From NCBI GenBank assembly GCA_032718475.1, contig JAUCBJ010008670.1, positions 27,923 to 91,922 of the forward strand: a DNA stretch of 64,000 nucleotides, in the 5' to 3' direction. The notes under the pieces were generated by a model, which ran no database searches, was not told the DNA's origin, and was given only the letters and a program-made list of their open reading frames with translations. The DNA comes from Nemertoderma westbladi (lineage: Eukaryota; Animalia; Xenacoelomorpha). Every line of letters begins with the position of its first letter. Within the stretch, counting starts at the first letter, position 1. The translations under genes and the position numbers were made by a program. This document shows, piece after piece, positions 1-11,869 of the stretch.

Positions 1-842
1 TGAATTCTTTATAATTGCATGACCCAGCTGTATAGTGCTATGAATTCTTTATAATTGCATGACCCGGCTGTGTATACACACTGTTAGTGCTATGAATTCT
101 TTATAATTGCATGACCCGGCTGTATAGTGCTATGAATTCTTTATAATTGCATGACCCGGCTGTATAGCGCTATGAATTCTTTATAATTGCATGACCCGGC
201 TGTGTATACACACTGTTAGTGCTATGAATTCTTTATAATTGCATGACCCGGCTGTGTATACACACTGTTAGTGCTATGAATTCTTTATAATTGCATGACC
301 CGGCTTTATAGTGCTATGAATTCTTTATAATTGCATGACCCGGCTGTATAGCGCTATGAATTCTTTATAATTGCATGACCCGGCTGTATAGTGCTATGAA
401 TTCTTTATAATTGCATGACCCGGCTGTATAGTGCTATGAATTCTTTATAATTGCATGACCCGGCTGTATAGCGCTATGAATTCTTTATAATTGCATGACC
501 CGGCTGTATAGTGCTATGAATTCTTTATAATTGCATGACCAGGCTGTATAGTGCTATGAATTCTTTATAATTGCATGACCCGGCTGTATAGTGCTATGAA
601 TTCTTTATAATTGCATGACCCGGCTGTATAGCGCTATGAATTCTTTATAATTGCATGACCCGGCTGTATAGTGCTATGAATTCTTTATAATTGCATGACC
701 CGGCTGTATAGTGCTATTAATTCTTTATAATTGCATGACCCGGCTGTATAGCGCTATGAATTCTTTATAATTGCATGACCCGGCTGTATAGTGCTATGAA
801 TTCTTTATAATTGCATGACCCGGCAGTATAGTGTATAGTGCT
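1..842. repeat. 40-bp tandem satellite (TGAATTCTTTATAATTGCATGACCCGGCTGTATAGTGCTA), about 20 copies, truncated by the window start
   Basis: Near-identical head-to-tail units; three units carry a longer variant containing the palindrome GTGTATACAC. Confidence 0.97.
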
Positions 843-1571
843 ACTTAAGGAACGAATCCGTCAGGCTACTTAATTAATTGATAAATTAATTTAATTTAGA
901 ATTAGAATTAGAATTAACAATTTAAATTTTATATATAATATTTTTAATGATTTTGTTACTCTACTTGTATATTCAATTCATAGTATCATATTCAATTTGC
1001 GGTTTATATTGAGTATTAAACCATTTTCCAGTTCGCCTTACTTTTTTCATCCTAATCGTATTAAATTGAAGTTAATCTTAGCTAGAGGATTAACAGAATT
1101 AGTTAAATTCTATCTATCATCTTGTCTGCTTATATTTACTGCAATAAATAATTTATTGCGCGAAAATTATAACAGTTTTAATAGCCCCATAAGACAATTA
1201 AAAGTTAAATAATTAATTAATTACACAGCCTATATATTTCTCCCCGTTGGGGTATCGTCAGGGCCTGACTAACGTAAGCAAAATGAACAATACAGCAATA
1301 TAATACAATGGCCTAAAAACTGGTACCAGTATGACAGTAAGAGACATCAGACTACCGACCAGGTAAAAGGTAAACAACAGTATATTCCACTAATAATTAT
1401 AATATTTATTGAATTCTTAATATGCCAACGTTACCGAAAATTAGGAAAATATCATAGATCAAACGTGCATATGCATAATAGCAATACAGTGATCCGGTGA
1501 GTGTATACATGATGTCCTTAATATGTCCTTAATGTCCTTAAGATGTCCTTAATACTAATATTAGAACCAGT

Positions 1572-4500
1572 ATGCTAACTTTTACCGTTAATTCATTATT
1601 CACATATTTGCCTAACCAGGTCGATATAAACGGTATAATTTTTATCTGTCCGACAGTCTGGCTTCTGCCAATTGGATATATTATGTCCCAAACCTCAATA
1701 TTTAAGAGATTATTGTTTTTACTAATAATATATTGCAACTACTTTATTATATCCCTTATATTACACGGGATCATATTTTTCGTGAGTTTACTTTATTTAC
1801 CGGTAATTATCGTAATCGATTATATATACCAGCAAACTCATTCCATACACTGGTGGCGTGTAAGGTCAAACTTCGCCAAACATAAATTAATTAAGAAAAC
1901 TAAATGGCGCCTTATCTCCCGCATCGTGAGTATTGTACTGTTAGTGTGTCTTGTGTTACTTCCTATCTCATTGAATTTATACTCAGGTGTATTGAGTACC
2001 ACCCTGATAACTCTCTTTACTATTAATCCTACATTAGTTATACTGACTACTATATCATCACTTTCACTCTACAAACTTCCAGGCTTTACCCGTAAACCTC
2101 GTTTTCCACAATACCCCATTTTACAAACACTATTCATCTATTTAATTACTAATGGAAATTTAATTTATGTAAAACAAAGTACAAAATGGCATATATCAAC
2201 AAAAAGCAAACAACATAGAAATAAGATGACTCTAATATTTTATGCAACTATTCAAGCCTTTAACATTTATCGTTCCTCCGTCCTTGACTTACTCAACATA
2301 GTCGCTCTCACTGTGCATATGTTACTCATAATCTCAGGTACCGTGCACCCCAACCCAGGACCGAAACGAAACTACCAAAAAAATAAACATAAGACTAAAA
2401 TAAATATTAATAATTTACCAAATTTCTATTTTCCAGATAGCAAATCTAAATTACCTAACTCTATTACAGATATAAAAAACTATATAAAAGACCATCCGGA
2501 TCACCTAAAATGTATCCATATAAACGCTCGCAGTCTCTTTAAGAATATAGATGAGTTTAAAGAGGTCCTGCTGGGGTCGAGGAATGTTATTGCATCAGTT
2601 AGTGAAACCTGGCTTAAGAGAAACATACCAGACTCAGCTTTACATATTGCTGGATTTAAAACATACAGACTTGACAGAAAAAAGCGTCGTGGTGGAGGTG
2701 TAATGATATATGTCCCCGATACAATGAACAGTAAACTACGTACTGATATAAAAGAAAAGAACAGCAGCATCGAGTCTATCTGGGTAGAAGTAGATAACTT
2801 ACTAATCTCTACAGTATATAGGCCTCCACGTGCAAAAATCAAATACCTAGATGAAATAAGTAGCGAAATAGAAAACGCACTATTGCTCGAACCAAATCAT
2901 AATATTATCTTACAAGGTGATTTCAACATTAACTTATTAGACACAAAAAATAAAACTACACGCGATATCCACGAAATACTAAATACATACGACATAAAAT
3001 CATTAAACAACACTATACCTACTCGTTACACAAAATCATCTGAAACATTAATAGATTTAGTACTGTCAAATATCCCCAGCGCACACATCATTGAAAGTCT
3101 GGTCTTCTTCTGTGATTTCTCAGACCATGAGTACACGCTTACCTCTTTGAACCTGAAAATTAATTCCAAATTAAAAATTAACGAAAAAATATCATATAGG
3201 GACTTTTCAATTTTTTCCGAATCTAAATTTCTATTTGATATTTCACAAATAAATTGGGATCCCTTATATAATGAAAATGATACGAATACAAAAATTAATT
3301 TCTTTGAAAATCAGTTAGAAACAATTTTAAACAAACACGCACCAATTAAGTATAAAACTGTAAGTAATAAACAAACATACCGTGGTAACGACGTGCAATG
3401 GCTCACACCGGAACTATCACAACTGCGTACTGTAAAGGAAAACAAACTTTCAATCTGGCGACGCTCCAAAACCCTTGAAGATTTTAATAATTTTAAACAT
3501 GCCCGTAATAGCTTTAATAATCTTAATAAAAAATTGAAAAACAAATATATTAAGGATAAATTCCTAAATCAGAGAACAGCTAAAGGAAAGTGGGCGATAA
3601 TTAACAGCATACTAAATAAAAATATTCGATCTACTACACCGGAAATAAAATACAACGGTCGTCTATTAACTCGTCCATTAGACATAGCTAAAACATTTAA
3701 TGATATTTTCATAGATATAGGAAAATTTACCGGTCTAGATAACACATTAAACTGGACTCAATATAGGGCACCGAATGTAATAGATCATATAGCAGAACCG
3801 AAATTTTCCTTCCACTGCATCTCCACTCTTGACATTTTTGAAGCTCTAACCAAACTATCTAACAATAAACCTTCCGGCCCCAGTTCGATCCCTACTAGAA
3901 TCTTTAAATTATCTGCAGGATTTATCAGCTCTCCACTTTCAAATATTATTAATGACTCAATAACTAAATCAATTTTCCCAAATCAACTAAAAATATCTAA
4001 CGTTACCCCTGTATACAAGAAAGGCGACGAATATGACCCAACTAATTACCGTCCAATCTCAGTCACGCACCCAATAGCTAAAATATTCGAAAAAATACTA
4101 GTCACTCAAATCGAACACTACCTCTCACGTAATAACATTTTAACACCATTTCAATTTGGCTTCCGTAAAAGGTTTTCCACTTCTGATGCAATAACATACG
4201 CTACAGAAGCATGGCGGTATGACCTGGATCGTGGTTACCATGTTGCTGTAGCCTTCCTTGACCTTAGCAAGGCTTTCAACTCTCTGGACCATGATACACT
4301 AATAACACACCTAACTGATCTAGGATTCGAAACAAATGCTTGCAACATGATTAAAAATTACTTACACGACAGACAACAACGAGTTAAAATAGGTCATACA
4401 TTTTCACCATTCCTTATAGAGAAACGAGGGGTCCCCCAAGGGACACTCCTTGGCCCCCTTCTCTTCTCCTTATATACTAATTCTATTCCAAATTTAACCT

Positions 4501-5399
4501 CAAAAGATGCAAATCTCATACAATATGCCGATGATACTGCTCTCTATGTCAGCTCCAAAAACGCATCAACTGCTACTGTAGATTTAGCTAAAAATGTACA
4601 AAACTTGACCAATGTATTCGCAAAATTAAAATTAAAATTGAACCCGGATAAAACTGAATTTTTACTATTAACACCAAAATATACTCGAACCGCAAATAAC
4701 ATTGACTCAATAAAATTAAAAATAAATGACACCTCAATAATTAGCCAATCTAACTGCATTAAATATCTCGGCGTCCTAATCAACAACAAACTAAGTTGGA
4801 CCGATCATATAAACAACATAATCAAAAAAATGTCCACCAGCATTGCAAGTCTTAGGAAAATTAAAGGCCAGTTGCCGCTCAAAACGAAAATCCAATTATA
4901 TAAAACCTTTGTTCTCCCTTACCATCATTATTGCTGTCAATTCCTAATATCTCACCATAATGTTCATGGATTTAAAGACATATTATATAAATTAGAAAAA
5001 ATTCAGAATTACGGTCTACGATGTACCTTTAATAAACGATGCAAAGACGTAACGGCAACTGACCTCAGAACCAAATCGAAAATACCCCTACTATCTGCTT
5101 TCCGTGAATATTACGGTCTCCTATTTTTCTATAAATATATCTACAATATATCTGCCCCTTTTAAAAATCTTGATCTCCCACTACTCCCAAGAAACACCCA
5201 GATCTTAAATAGACGCACATACAAAATCCGCTTACCTAGATGCCACAACCAATTTGGACATTACAGTCTCACTACACAGCTAATTAAACTATGGAACAAA
5301 CTACCCATTCATATTAGACAAACAAACACTTTACAACATTTTAAACTTAAATTAAAGGGTATATTACTCAAAAGATTTACTCGCGAGGAGGTCACATAG
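1572..5399 (+). CDS. Non-LTR retrotransposon ORF2 (APE endonuclease + reverse transcriptase), CR1/L2 group, with a 2A-like peptide upstream of the endonuclease
   Basis: Uninterrupted 1275-aa ORF. APE motifs: HINARSL, SETWL, RRGGGV, VYRPP, QGDFN, LIDLV, SDH. RT motifs: NYRPIS, QFGFR, FLDLSKAF, GVPQGTLLGPLLF, QYADDT, KYLGV. The true start may lie downstream of 1572. Confidence 0.95.
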   Translation: MLTFTVNSLFTYLPNQVDINGIIFICPTVWLLPIGYIMSQTSIFKRLLFLLIIYCNYFIISLILHGIIFFVSLLYLPVIIVIDYIYQQTHSIHWWRVRSNFAKHKLIKKTKWRLISRIVSIVLLVCLVLLPISLNLYSGVLSTTLITLFTINPTLVILTTISSLSLYKLPGFTRKPRFPQYPILQTLFIYLITNGNLIYVKQSTKWHISTKSKQHRNKMTLIFYATIQAFNIYRSSVLDLLNIVALTVHMLLIISGTVHPNPGPKRNYQKNKHKTKININNLPNFYFPDSKSKLPNSITDIKNYIKDHPDHLKCIHINARSLFKNIDEFKEVLLGSRNVIASVSETWLKRNIPDSALHIAGFKTYRLDRKKRRGGGVMIYVPDTMNSKLRTDIKEKNSSIESIWVEVDNLLISTVYRPPRAKIKYLDEISSEIENALLLEPNHNIILQGDFNINLLDTKNKTTRDIHEILNTYDIKSLNNTIPTRYTKSSETLIDLVLSNIPSAHIIESLVFFCDFSDHEYTLTSLNLKINSKLKINEKISYRDFSIFSESKFLFDISQINWDPLYNENDTNTKINFFENQLETILNKHAPIKYKTVSNKQTYRGNDVQWLTPELSQLRTVKENKLSIWRRSKTLEDFNNFKHARNSFNNLNKKLKNKYIKDKFLNQRTAKGKWAIINSILNKNIRSTTPEIKYNGRLLTRPLDIAKTFNDIFIDIGKFTGLDNTLNWTQYRAPNVIDHIAEPKFSFHCISTLDIFEALTKLSNNKPSGPSSIPTRIFKLSAGFISSPLSNIINDSITKSIFPNQLKISNVTPVYKKGDEYDPTNYRPISVTHPIAKIFEKILVTQIEHYLSRNNILTPFQFGFRKRFSTSDAITYATEAWRYDLDRGYHVAVAFLDLSKAFNSLDHDTLITHLTDLGFETNACNMIKNYLHDRQQRVKIGHTFSPFLIEKRGVPQGTLLGPLLFSLYTNSIPNLTSKDANLIQYADDTALYVSSKNASTATVDLAKNVQNLTNVFAKLKLKLNPDKTEFLLLTPKYTRTANNIDSIKLKINDTSIISQSNCIKYLGVLINNKLSWTDHINNIIKKMSTSIASLRKIKGQLPLKTKIQLYKTFVLPYHHYCCQFLISHHNVHGFKDILYKLEKIQNYGLRCTFNKRCKDVTATDLRTKSKIPLLSAFREYYGLLFFYKYIYNISAPFKNLDLPLLPRNTQILNRRTYKIRLPRCHNQFGHYSLTTQLIKLWNKLPIHIRQTNTLQHFKLKLKGILLKRFTREEVT

Positions 5400-6273
5400 A
5401 GGAAGCTCAATTACCACACCTCTAACACTATTTACTTTTCCCGTATACAGTATACACTACTCAAGTTGCATGGCCCTTACGTATGTGTGTAACTGTTTGT
5501 GTTTGTGTGGTATGTATGTATTCTAATATTAGTGGGGGGGGGGGGGGGGGGGGGGGTGGTGTGGTGGTGAGGAGCGGGAGGAGGCGTATAATTTTAGCTA
5601 CGTGGTGTATGGATTGGGATTGCTTGTTAACATTTTTTATATTTTAATTATTTACCGGTTATGTATGTATATATCGTCGCGTACTTAAGCGATGATATAG
5701 TGTTTAATTTTGTTGGTTACCGGTGAAATACTGTAGACACATTTACATATAATTTCCTTAATTATAAGTCCCTACCTTGTGTAGAGACTTCCCCATTCGT
5801 GCAATCACTATGGGTACCAAAGGAATAATAATAAATAATAATAATAAAAATACATAAAGAAAGGTCTGACCCGAGATATTAACGCGTACCATGACGCCTA
5901 TAGGTCTGAATACCGAATGGGCGAATTTTTCGGGTTGGTTTTCACGGTTTATTGAAGCGGGTACGAGAATGCAGGCTCCAGGTATGAGCTGGAACAGCCT
6001 GGTGCGTTTCGTGCGCACCTGGGTCAACTGAATTGAAAGTGGCAAAGCAGTAACATAGTGAGGAGGAAAATGGATAAACTGCTAAACAAGACAGACCAGG
6101 ATAAGGTAAGTGCCCCGCACTACTTACTGTACTACGTACACCAGCTGGTGCACTGACCACATGTAGGAAGGCATGAGCTATCAGGCAAATTGGAGGAAGC
6201 TGACAACGTGGTCAACTTATCCACAAAAGCCGTTTCACAGTACCACAGGAGGTACCTTATCCATATTATACCT

Positions 6274-7738
6274 GAAGTGGGTCCTTCTCGCAGCACGTGA
6301 TTTAAACTTATGTAAGTGTAATCTTGAAAGAAAAATAAGCAAAATCTAAGCAGATGCCCTTGATCACTTTACACCAGCCTAGAGGCAGGCTTGAGAACTG
6401 CAGTCGATTTAACCCTTGTGCTCTCTTTGAGGTCATTTTTGACCCATCGAAAATTTAAACTTACACAATTTTATCACACATTGATATTTTATCTCGAAAT
6501 TTTGTGACATTTATTATTTTATATATAGTGCTTCTCAATTAGAAAAACAAAAATGTAAAAATCTGCAAGGGGGTCTATTCAATTTTACAATTTATAGGGG
6601 CCTACACATATTGACATTGAGGTCAAATTTCACCTCATCGTGTTTTGTACCTGTACCATTCAATATCAACGAAAAAACTTTTTTTGAATTTCAACTCAGT
6701 TCGCAAATCAGATGTTTTAAATGGTCCCAAACTTAGATATGTAGATACCAAAATTTTGATTTGGGGATGACAGGAAATATTCCCACAGGCACATGGCCAG
6801 TTCCCGCCCTTGGCACAAGTGAGTCATATTCCCCATTTTTGTGATGATCAACTTCTAGTATTCCTACTGCATTAATATTATGCTCATTTAGAACCGCAAT
6901 GGCCGATTTAGTTGTTGTAGACACCTTCAAAACAAGCATAGAGCGAATAGGTTTTAAGATATTTGTCCGGTATTTGTCAATATCGCATCAAGGCGCTAAT
7001 TTTGATTTGTGCCAGACTTCACATTATCTGCAATATCTCAAAATCTATTCGCTCTATGCTTGTTTTGAAGGTGTCTACACCATCTAAATCTGTCATTGCG
7101 GTTCTATTGAGCATAAATATCAATACAGTAGGAATAATAGAAGTTGATAATCACAAAAATGGGGAATATGACTCACTTGCGCCAAGGGCGGGAACTGGCC
7201 ATGTGCCTGTGGGAATATTTCCTGTCATCCCCAAATCAAAATTTTTGTATCTATCGAAGTTTGGGCTCATTTTATGACATCTGATGTGCAAACTGAGTTT
7301 AAATTCGACAACACGTTTTTTTGGACCACCCCAACCCTCTCATTTACCTGAGAGCAAAATTGACCTCATAGGAATCATCTGTTTGAGAAACGAAGGGTTA
7401 AGACCTCAGTAAAAGTTTAAATGACACAGCTAATGGTCGAGTACAATTCTGCCAAGTTTCAGGTTAAACGGATTAAAAGCAAAGAAATGGGAGGACATTT
7501 AATGTTTAGATATGTAGCCATCTAGCGGGAAACTGTTGAACTGTTGGGGTGAAAAGTCGCTAAATAATGTCAAGTTTTGGACATATTTATGCCTACAAAT
7601 TTTCAATTCGACAGCTTTAAATCTGACAAAGTTATTTAATGTCAAAATATTACGTCAACAACTATTTGCCTCTATTGACATTCTCCTTAACAGTGTCAAT
7701 TCGCCAAGGCTGCGCCAACTTCGTGGCTCGCCACCACA
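6274..7738 (-). mobile_element. Helentron-like non-autonomous element, copy 1, interrupted by a piggyBac-type MITE
   Basis: Both ends (GAAGTGGGTCCTTCTCGCAGCACGTGA and GTGTCAATTCGCCAAGGCTGCGCCAACTTCGTGGCTCGCCACCACA) match the element at 14178-15747; contains degraded 146-bp units. Confidence 0.65.
6413..7397. mobile_element. piggyBac-type non-autonomous element (TTAA TSD) with a long internal palindrome
   Basis: TTAA at 6409-6412 and 7398-7401; termini CCCTT...AAGGG; subterminal GAGGTCA..TTTGACC motifs; internal inverted arms about 6690-6985 and 7005-7305; the flanks rejoin into the 146-bp repeat unit. Confidence 0.8.
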
Positions 7739-7850
7739 CCCCTATCAGTGAACAATATTGATTTTACTTTATGTACTAAATTAACTCTCACTTTTTTGTA
7801 TGCTCCCCAAATCCCAGTTATGGGTTTGCCCCCCCCCCCCCAGATTTGGC

Positions 7851-7895
<45 letters not shown>

Positions 7896-8233
7896 AGATA
7901 TTATGATCACCATACAGGCCTGCGAGGAGGCCATGCACGGTGGAGCCGAACAACCCCCCATGGACAACACCGTGACATCCTTTAGTGTTACACCTGAGGA
8001 GTCGAACAGGTTGGGCATGGGAGGGGATCGCTAGATCACCAGACTCAGAGCCTGAGCTGCTGGATAGAGAGCAGCACGCGCCAACTGGGAACACTTGCCA
8101 CCCTGGGATCGAGGCAAACCATCCACCTTAGAGATGCCCTGAACCTGAGTTATTTTAGAAGAAGACTATTTTCACAGAGCGTAGGATTTTCAGTCCTTGA
8201 CATTGCCCCAATAGGAGTTGCTGAGGGTTTACC

Positions 8234-11200
8234 CATGGAATACTAAATATACACGGAACCAGATAGATGTCCGATTTCACGAGTCATTCTTTTTATTGCT
8301 TTAATCTATTGTACTCGATGCATGAATAAAAATTTTGAAAAAAAAATTGGTGGTCATCGATCTCGTTGCCATGGCAACAGACATTTTTCATTTTTTGCCT
8401 TTATTTCAACTACGATGAGTGAAAATACAGTAAATATTGCTTCCAAATTTGTTCAAAGGTTAAAGCGATATACATACACTATAGCTTCCGTTTCATCAAT
8501 AAGTTGCCTGATCTGCTCTGTAACCCAGCATTATTTTTCTTATTCCTCCAACCGGCGCTTCAGATCAATTTCCTTCCCTTGTTTCGCTGAGGCGCCTTAA
8601 AACCGTCCAACCCAGTCTTGTAGCTTTCTTTCTCAGCTATTAGCTCAGCCAAGTGATTTCTCTGTGCCTTCAGAAACACGTTGATAATTTTGCGTAAAAA
8701 TTTCGAGGAATGACTGGAGTGAATATCGCAAATTATTGATCTTGTATGCAAAGAATCTACTGGAAGCATTTGTAGGTACTGAAAGAGAACTTCGGCTGAT
8801 ATGAATTTGTCATCTTTAATATTTTTTTGCAGGAATTTATATGCTAGTTCTAGGTTACCGAGGCAATTACAAACGAAGTTGACAAGATTTTGATGTGGAA
8901 TGGTTAAACCACCGCGATTTATATCATGTAGAAAGTGGCGAGATGACTCATTAGATGTAGACCCACTTCTTTTAGAATCGCTAATGATGTCATTTGTACC
9001 GTTTAAATTACAGTGTAGGCAGTTGACCCCTACTGTTTTCACAATCCATCCTGAGATGTATTCAACAATATCTAGAGATTCTTCATTGACAGTTAGACAA
9101 CGAAACTCATCTTCATCCACAATTTCAGACACTTCATCGAATAACAACGCGGCTTCATTGTGGAAATCTTTCTTCAACAGAAAGTCGGATACTTCGAGGT
9201 CTTCATCTATGATTAGTCGTATTGATAAAATTTTATTGGAGTTTAGAGCGTCTCGAAGAGCAATTAGAAACCGGCCACCAGACATTTGTCTATATTTAGA
9301 GTAATGTAACTCCAATGCATCGTCTCCAAGGACATGAGTGTTAAACAAGCTGTATCCCAGTTCCTCAAACACGAGTTTAAACACTTTCTCTGTATTGCGC
9401 ACAGTCAATAGGAGGGCGTTAAAGGTTTGAGGTGATAGACCTGGCTTTCCCGAATCTCGCCATGCCTCCACCCAATCGCCAAAGTATTTCAAGAAACTTC
9501 GTCTCTCAATCTGGTCTTTGTGGTGTGTCTCAGTATACATAGTGGATGTCTTCGGATTCCTAGTTTTGGTGTTCATAAATGCCCAAAATAACCTCATCAA
9601 TCGCACAAAATTTGCTGTCGGACTGTTTCTGTCAATATAATATCTCAGAGCACTCTCTGTACAATCGCTGTAAAGATTTAGCATAAGCTGAGTGTTTTGT
9701 TTTTTCTTCTGGACATGTAATGTCGAGAATGTTAGCTTGGGTGCTCGTCGTAAATGAGCGGTAGTATTATGAGAAGTGTCCAAACAATAAACTTCGGCCA
9801 CATCACTAACCTTTGCTTCACTACCTGGTGAAAGTCAATCGTATCATTCTTAAACTGCCAACTGAACTGTGGTAAAACAAAGATGCCTAGTTTGAACCAA
9901 TTATTCCTGGTATTCTTTAATAGATGGTTATAATCGAAGAGCGGAATGATACCTTGTAAAATTTCTGAATTGTCAAAATGCTTAAATATAGCATCTAGCG
10001 TTATAGTTGGTGAATTATCACTTGTCACCACTCGTGGCGATGTTTGGACTGATCTTAGGTTGCTGCAAACTTCTTCAAGTTACTAATGATCTCCCGTCCT
10101 GTCATAGCGGTTGCAGTGGGACAGATTTCACTACTAATGGTTGCCCATGACTCAGACCTCTAACCATCAAACTATTCAAAGATCCTATATCCGATTCTGT
10201 AACACCACCTTGGCAAAAACCGCCTCTTTCTGCAAGTGAATTTCGTCCAAATACACAACAACGTTTGTGTCCACCTTCATTTTCTGGAGAAGTTTGTATG
10301 AATCGATGGATCCTTTAGTTATTTTCAATAAGCATCAATAGCAGCCGAGCAGAAGGCTCTCAAAAATTAACCAGACAGACACCGTTGCCTAATGATACCA
10401 GTACACTAAGGCTCGCCTTAGCGTACTTAGCTTACTTAAAATAGGTACTGAAATACTTTTTGTAAGTAACTGTCACACCCACCAGTTGATCCAAGTCTCT
10501 AAATTTTGACTCTTGGTCCCTATCGAAGTCCTTTGTCAGTGTTATCCGGTTTGTTGGTTTTTTGCGTCTACCATAGAAGTTAACACGTTTAGAAAGTGTT
10601 GTTTCACTCTTCTCTGATCCTGGTAGACATAATGATGGCACAGCGGAATCTCTCAGCTCTTTTCTTTTAAATGGCTTAGCAATGAAGTCGCTTTGTGAAA
10701 AATGTCTGCAACAGACACCAAAACTGTCGCAGGAAAACACCCCTGGCTTTCTCACTGCTTTAAGCCACTTGTCCCTAGTTGATGTGTCCTTGGGTATACA
10801 GTATACCGTAGCACTAGGCCCGGCCCTCACCCCACAATTAGGTACACAACAAACACCAGGCATTCGTTATTAATTTATATACTGTACTGTAGGTAGGACA
10901 AGGTGTGTTTTAATCTTAGCTATAGAGGTGTGGTATACAGTACTGTATGTTCTAATCTGATTTCGCACTGTCGTGTCGTTTAACCTTGTGAAATTGTATT
11001 GTACAACCAAGGCCTTCTAGAACTACAGTAATGCGTTATATCACAGTTACTATGGAATTACTTAGCCAAGTAGTGTTGACGATATAGCAATTTAGATAGT
11101 GATGCACGCAACAATTTAATCTCTGTTGCCATGGCAACGAGATCGATGACCACCAATTTTTTTTTCAAAATTTTTATTCATGCATCGAGTACAATAGATT

Positions 11201-11269
11201 AAAGCAATAAAAAGAATGACTCGTGAAATCGGACATCTATCTGGTTCCGTGTATATTTAGTATTCCATG
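8234..11269 (-). mobile_element. P-superfamily DNA transposon with 148-bp TIRs and a 7-bp TSD (GTTTACC)
   Basis: TIRs 8234-8381 and 11122-11269 begin CATGG and look identical by eye; GTTTACC at 8227-8233 and 11270-11276; encloses a THAP transposase. Confidence 0.92.
8560..10863 (-). pseudogene. THAP-domain P-element/THAP9-like transposase split over several frames
   Basis: THAP zinc finger MPGVCCVPNC...W...CCRHF...AVPSL (10432-10863); NVVVYLDEIHLQKE near 10225-10265; DYNHLLKNTRNNW (9732-10031); DDALELHYSKYRQMSG and YISGW (8560-9801). The breaks are frameshifts or unidentified introns. Confidence 0.85.
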
Positions 11270-11869
11270 GTTTACCGTTTATCCCCATCCCATTGTTTGC
11301 AGTTTGCTTCAAATGTATTATTTTATGACGATTAGTAATCCTCCCCCCCCCCCCCCCCCCCCCCCGAGTAAATTGACTTGTAAATTGCAAGTTAGCTTCC
11401 CGATGCAGATTGTAACCCACTCAGCTAGTTTGGAAATTAGGGGTGCAGTTTTTGTATAATTTCATAGTTTTTATAATTTTCATAGTTTTCTATGATTTCA
11501 TAGTTTTTACGACTTTGTTAATAGTGAACAATAGGGAACTTTCCCAGAATTCGTGTTTTCGAGACTAAGGTGAATTATTGAGTGCAGATTTTCAGTATTG
11601 TTGCATAATTAAAAATTGTTTTGTACAATATTACAAAGTAAATTACATTCGTTAAGTTTATTTTACGGAATTTCACCAGATTCCCCGTTTCGGGGAATGT
11701 ACTGTAGATTTAAGTTCGTGATATATTAATTTATTATTATTTTGTTTGTATTTATTCCATAACCGTCAATTTTACTGTTTTGTATTGTAGTACATATTTG
11801 AGATAGTGATTATATATAATATCCCACGTTTGCCATTCTTAGTGTACGTTTAATTAAATTTTGTTTTTC

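Noticed and set aside
1-842. 40-bp repeats as a CRISPR array
   Set aside because: No variable spacers; a plain satellite
2501-4789. Antisense ORFs within the LINE (and similar ones over the transposase, Six3/6 and RTE)
   Set aside because: Shadow frames of real coding sequence with no independent motifs
5758-6160. Minus-strand ORFs downstream of the LINE as a gene
   Set aside because: Short, no recognisable motifs or splice structure; probably a decayed repeat fragment
6733-7277. Two near-identical ORFs on opposite strands as paralogous genes
   Set aside because: They are the two arms of a palindrome within a MITE
7696-8094. Poly-Pro/poly-Gly ORFs (also near 11223, 35845, 40049, 61781)
   Set aside because: Produced by C/G homopolymer runs of unreliable length; no domain motifs
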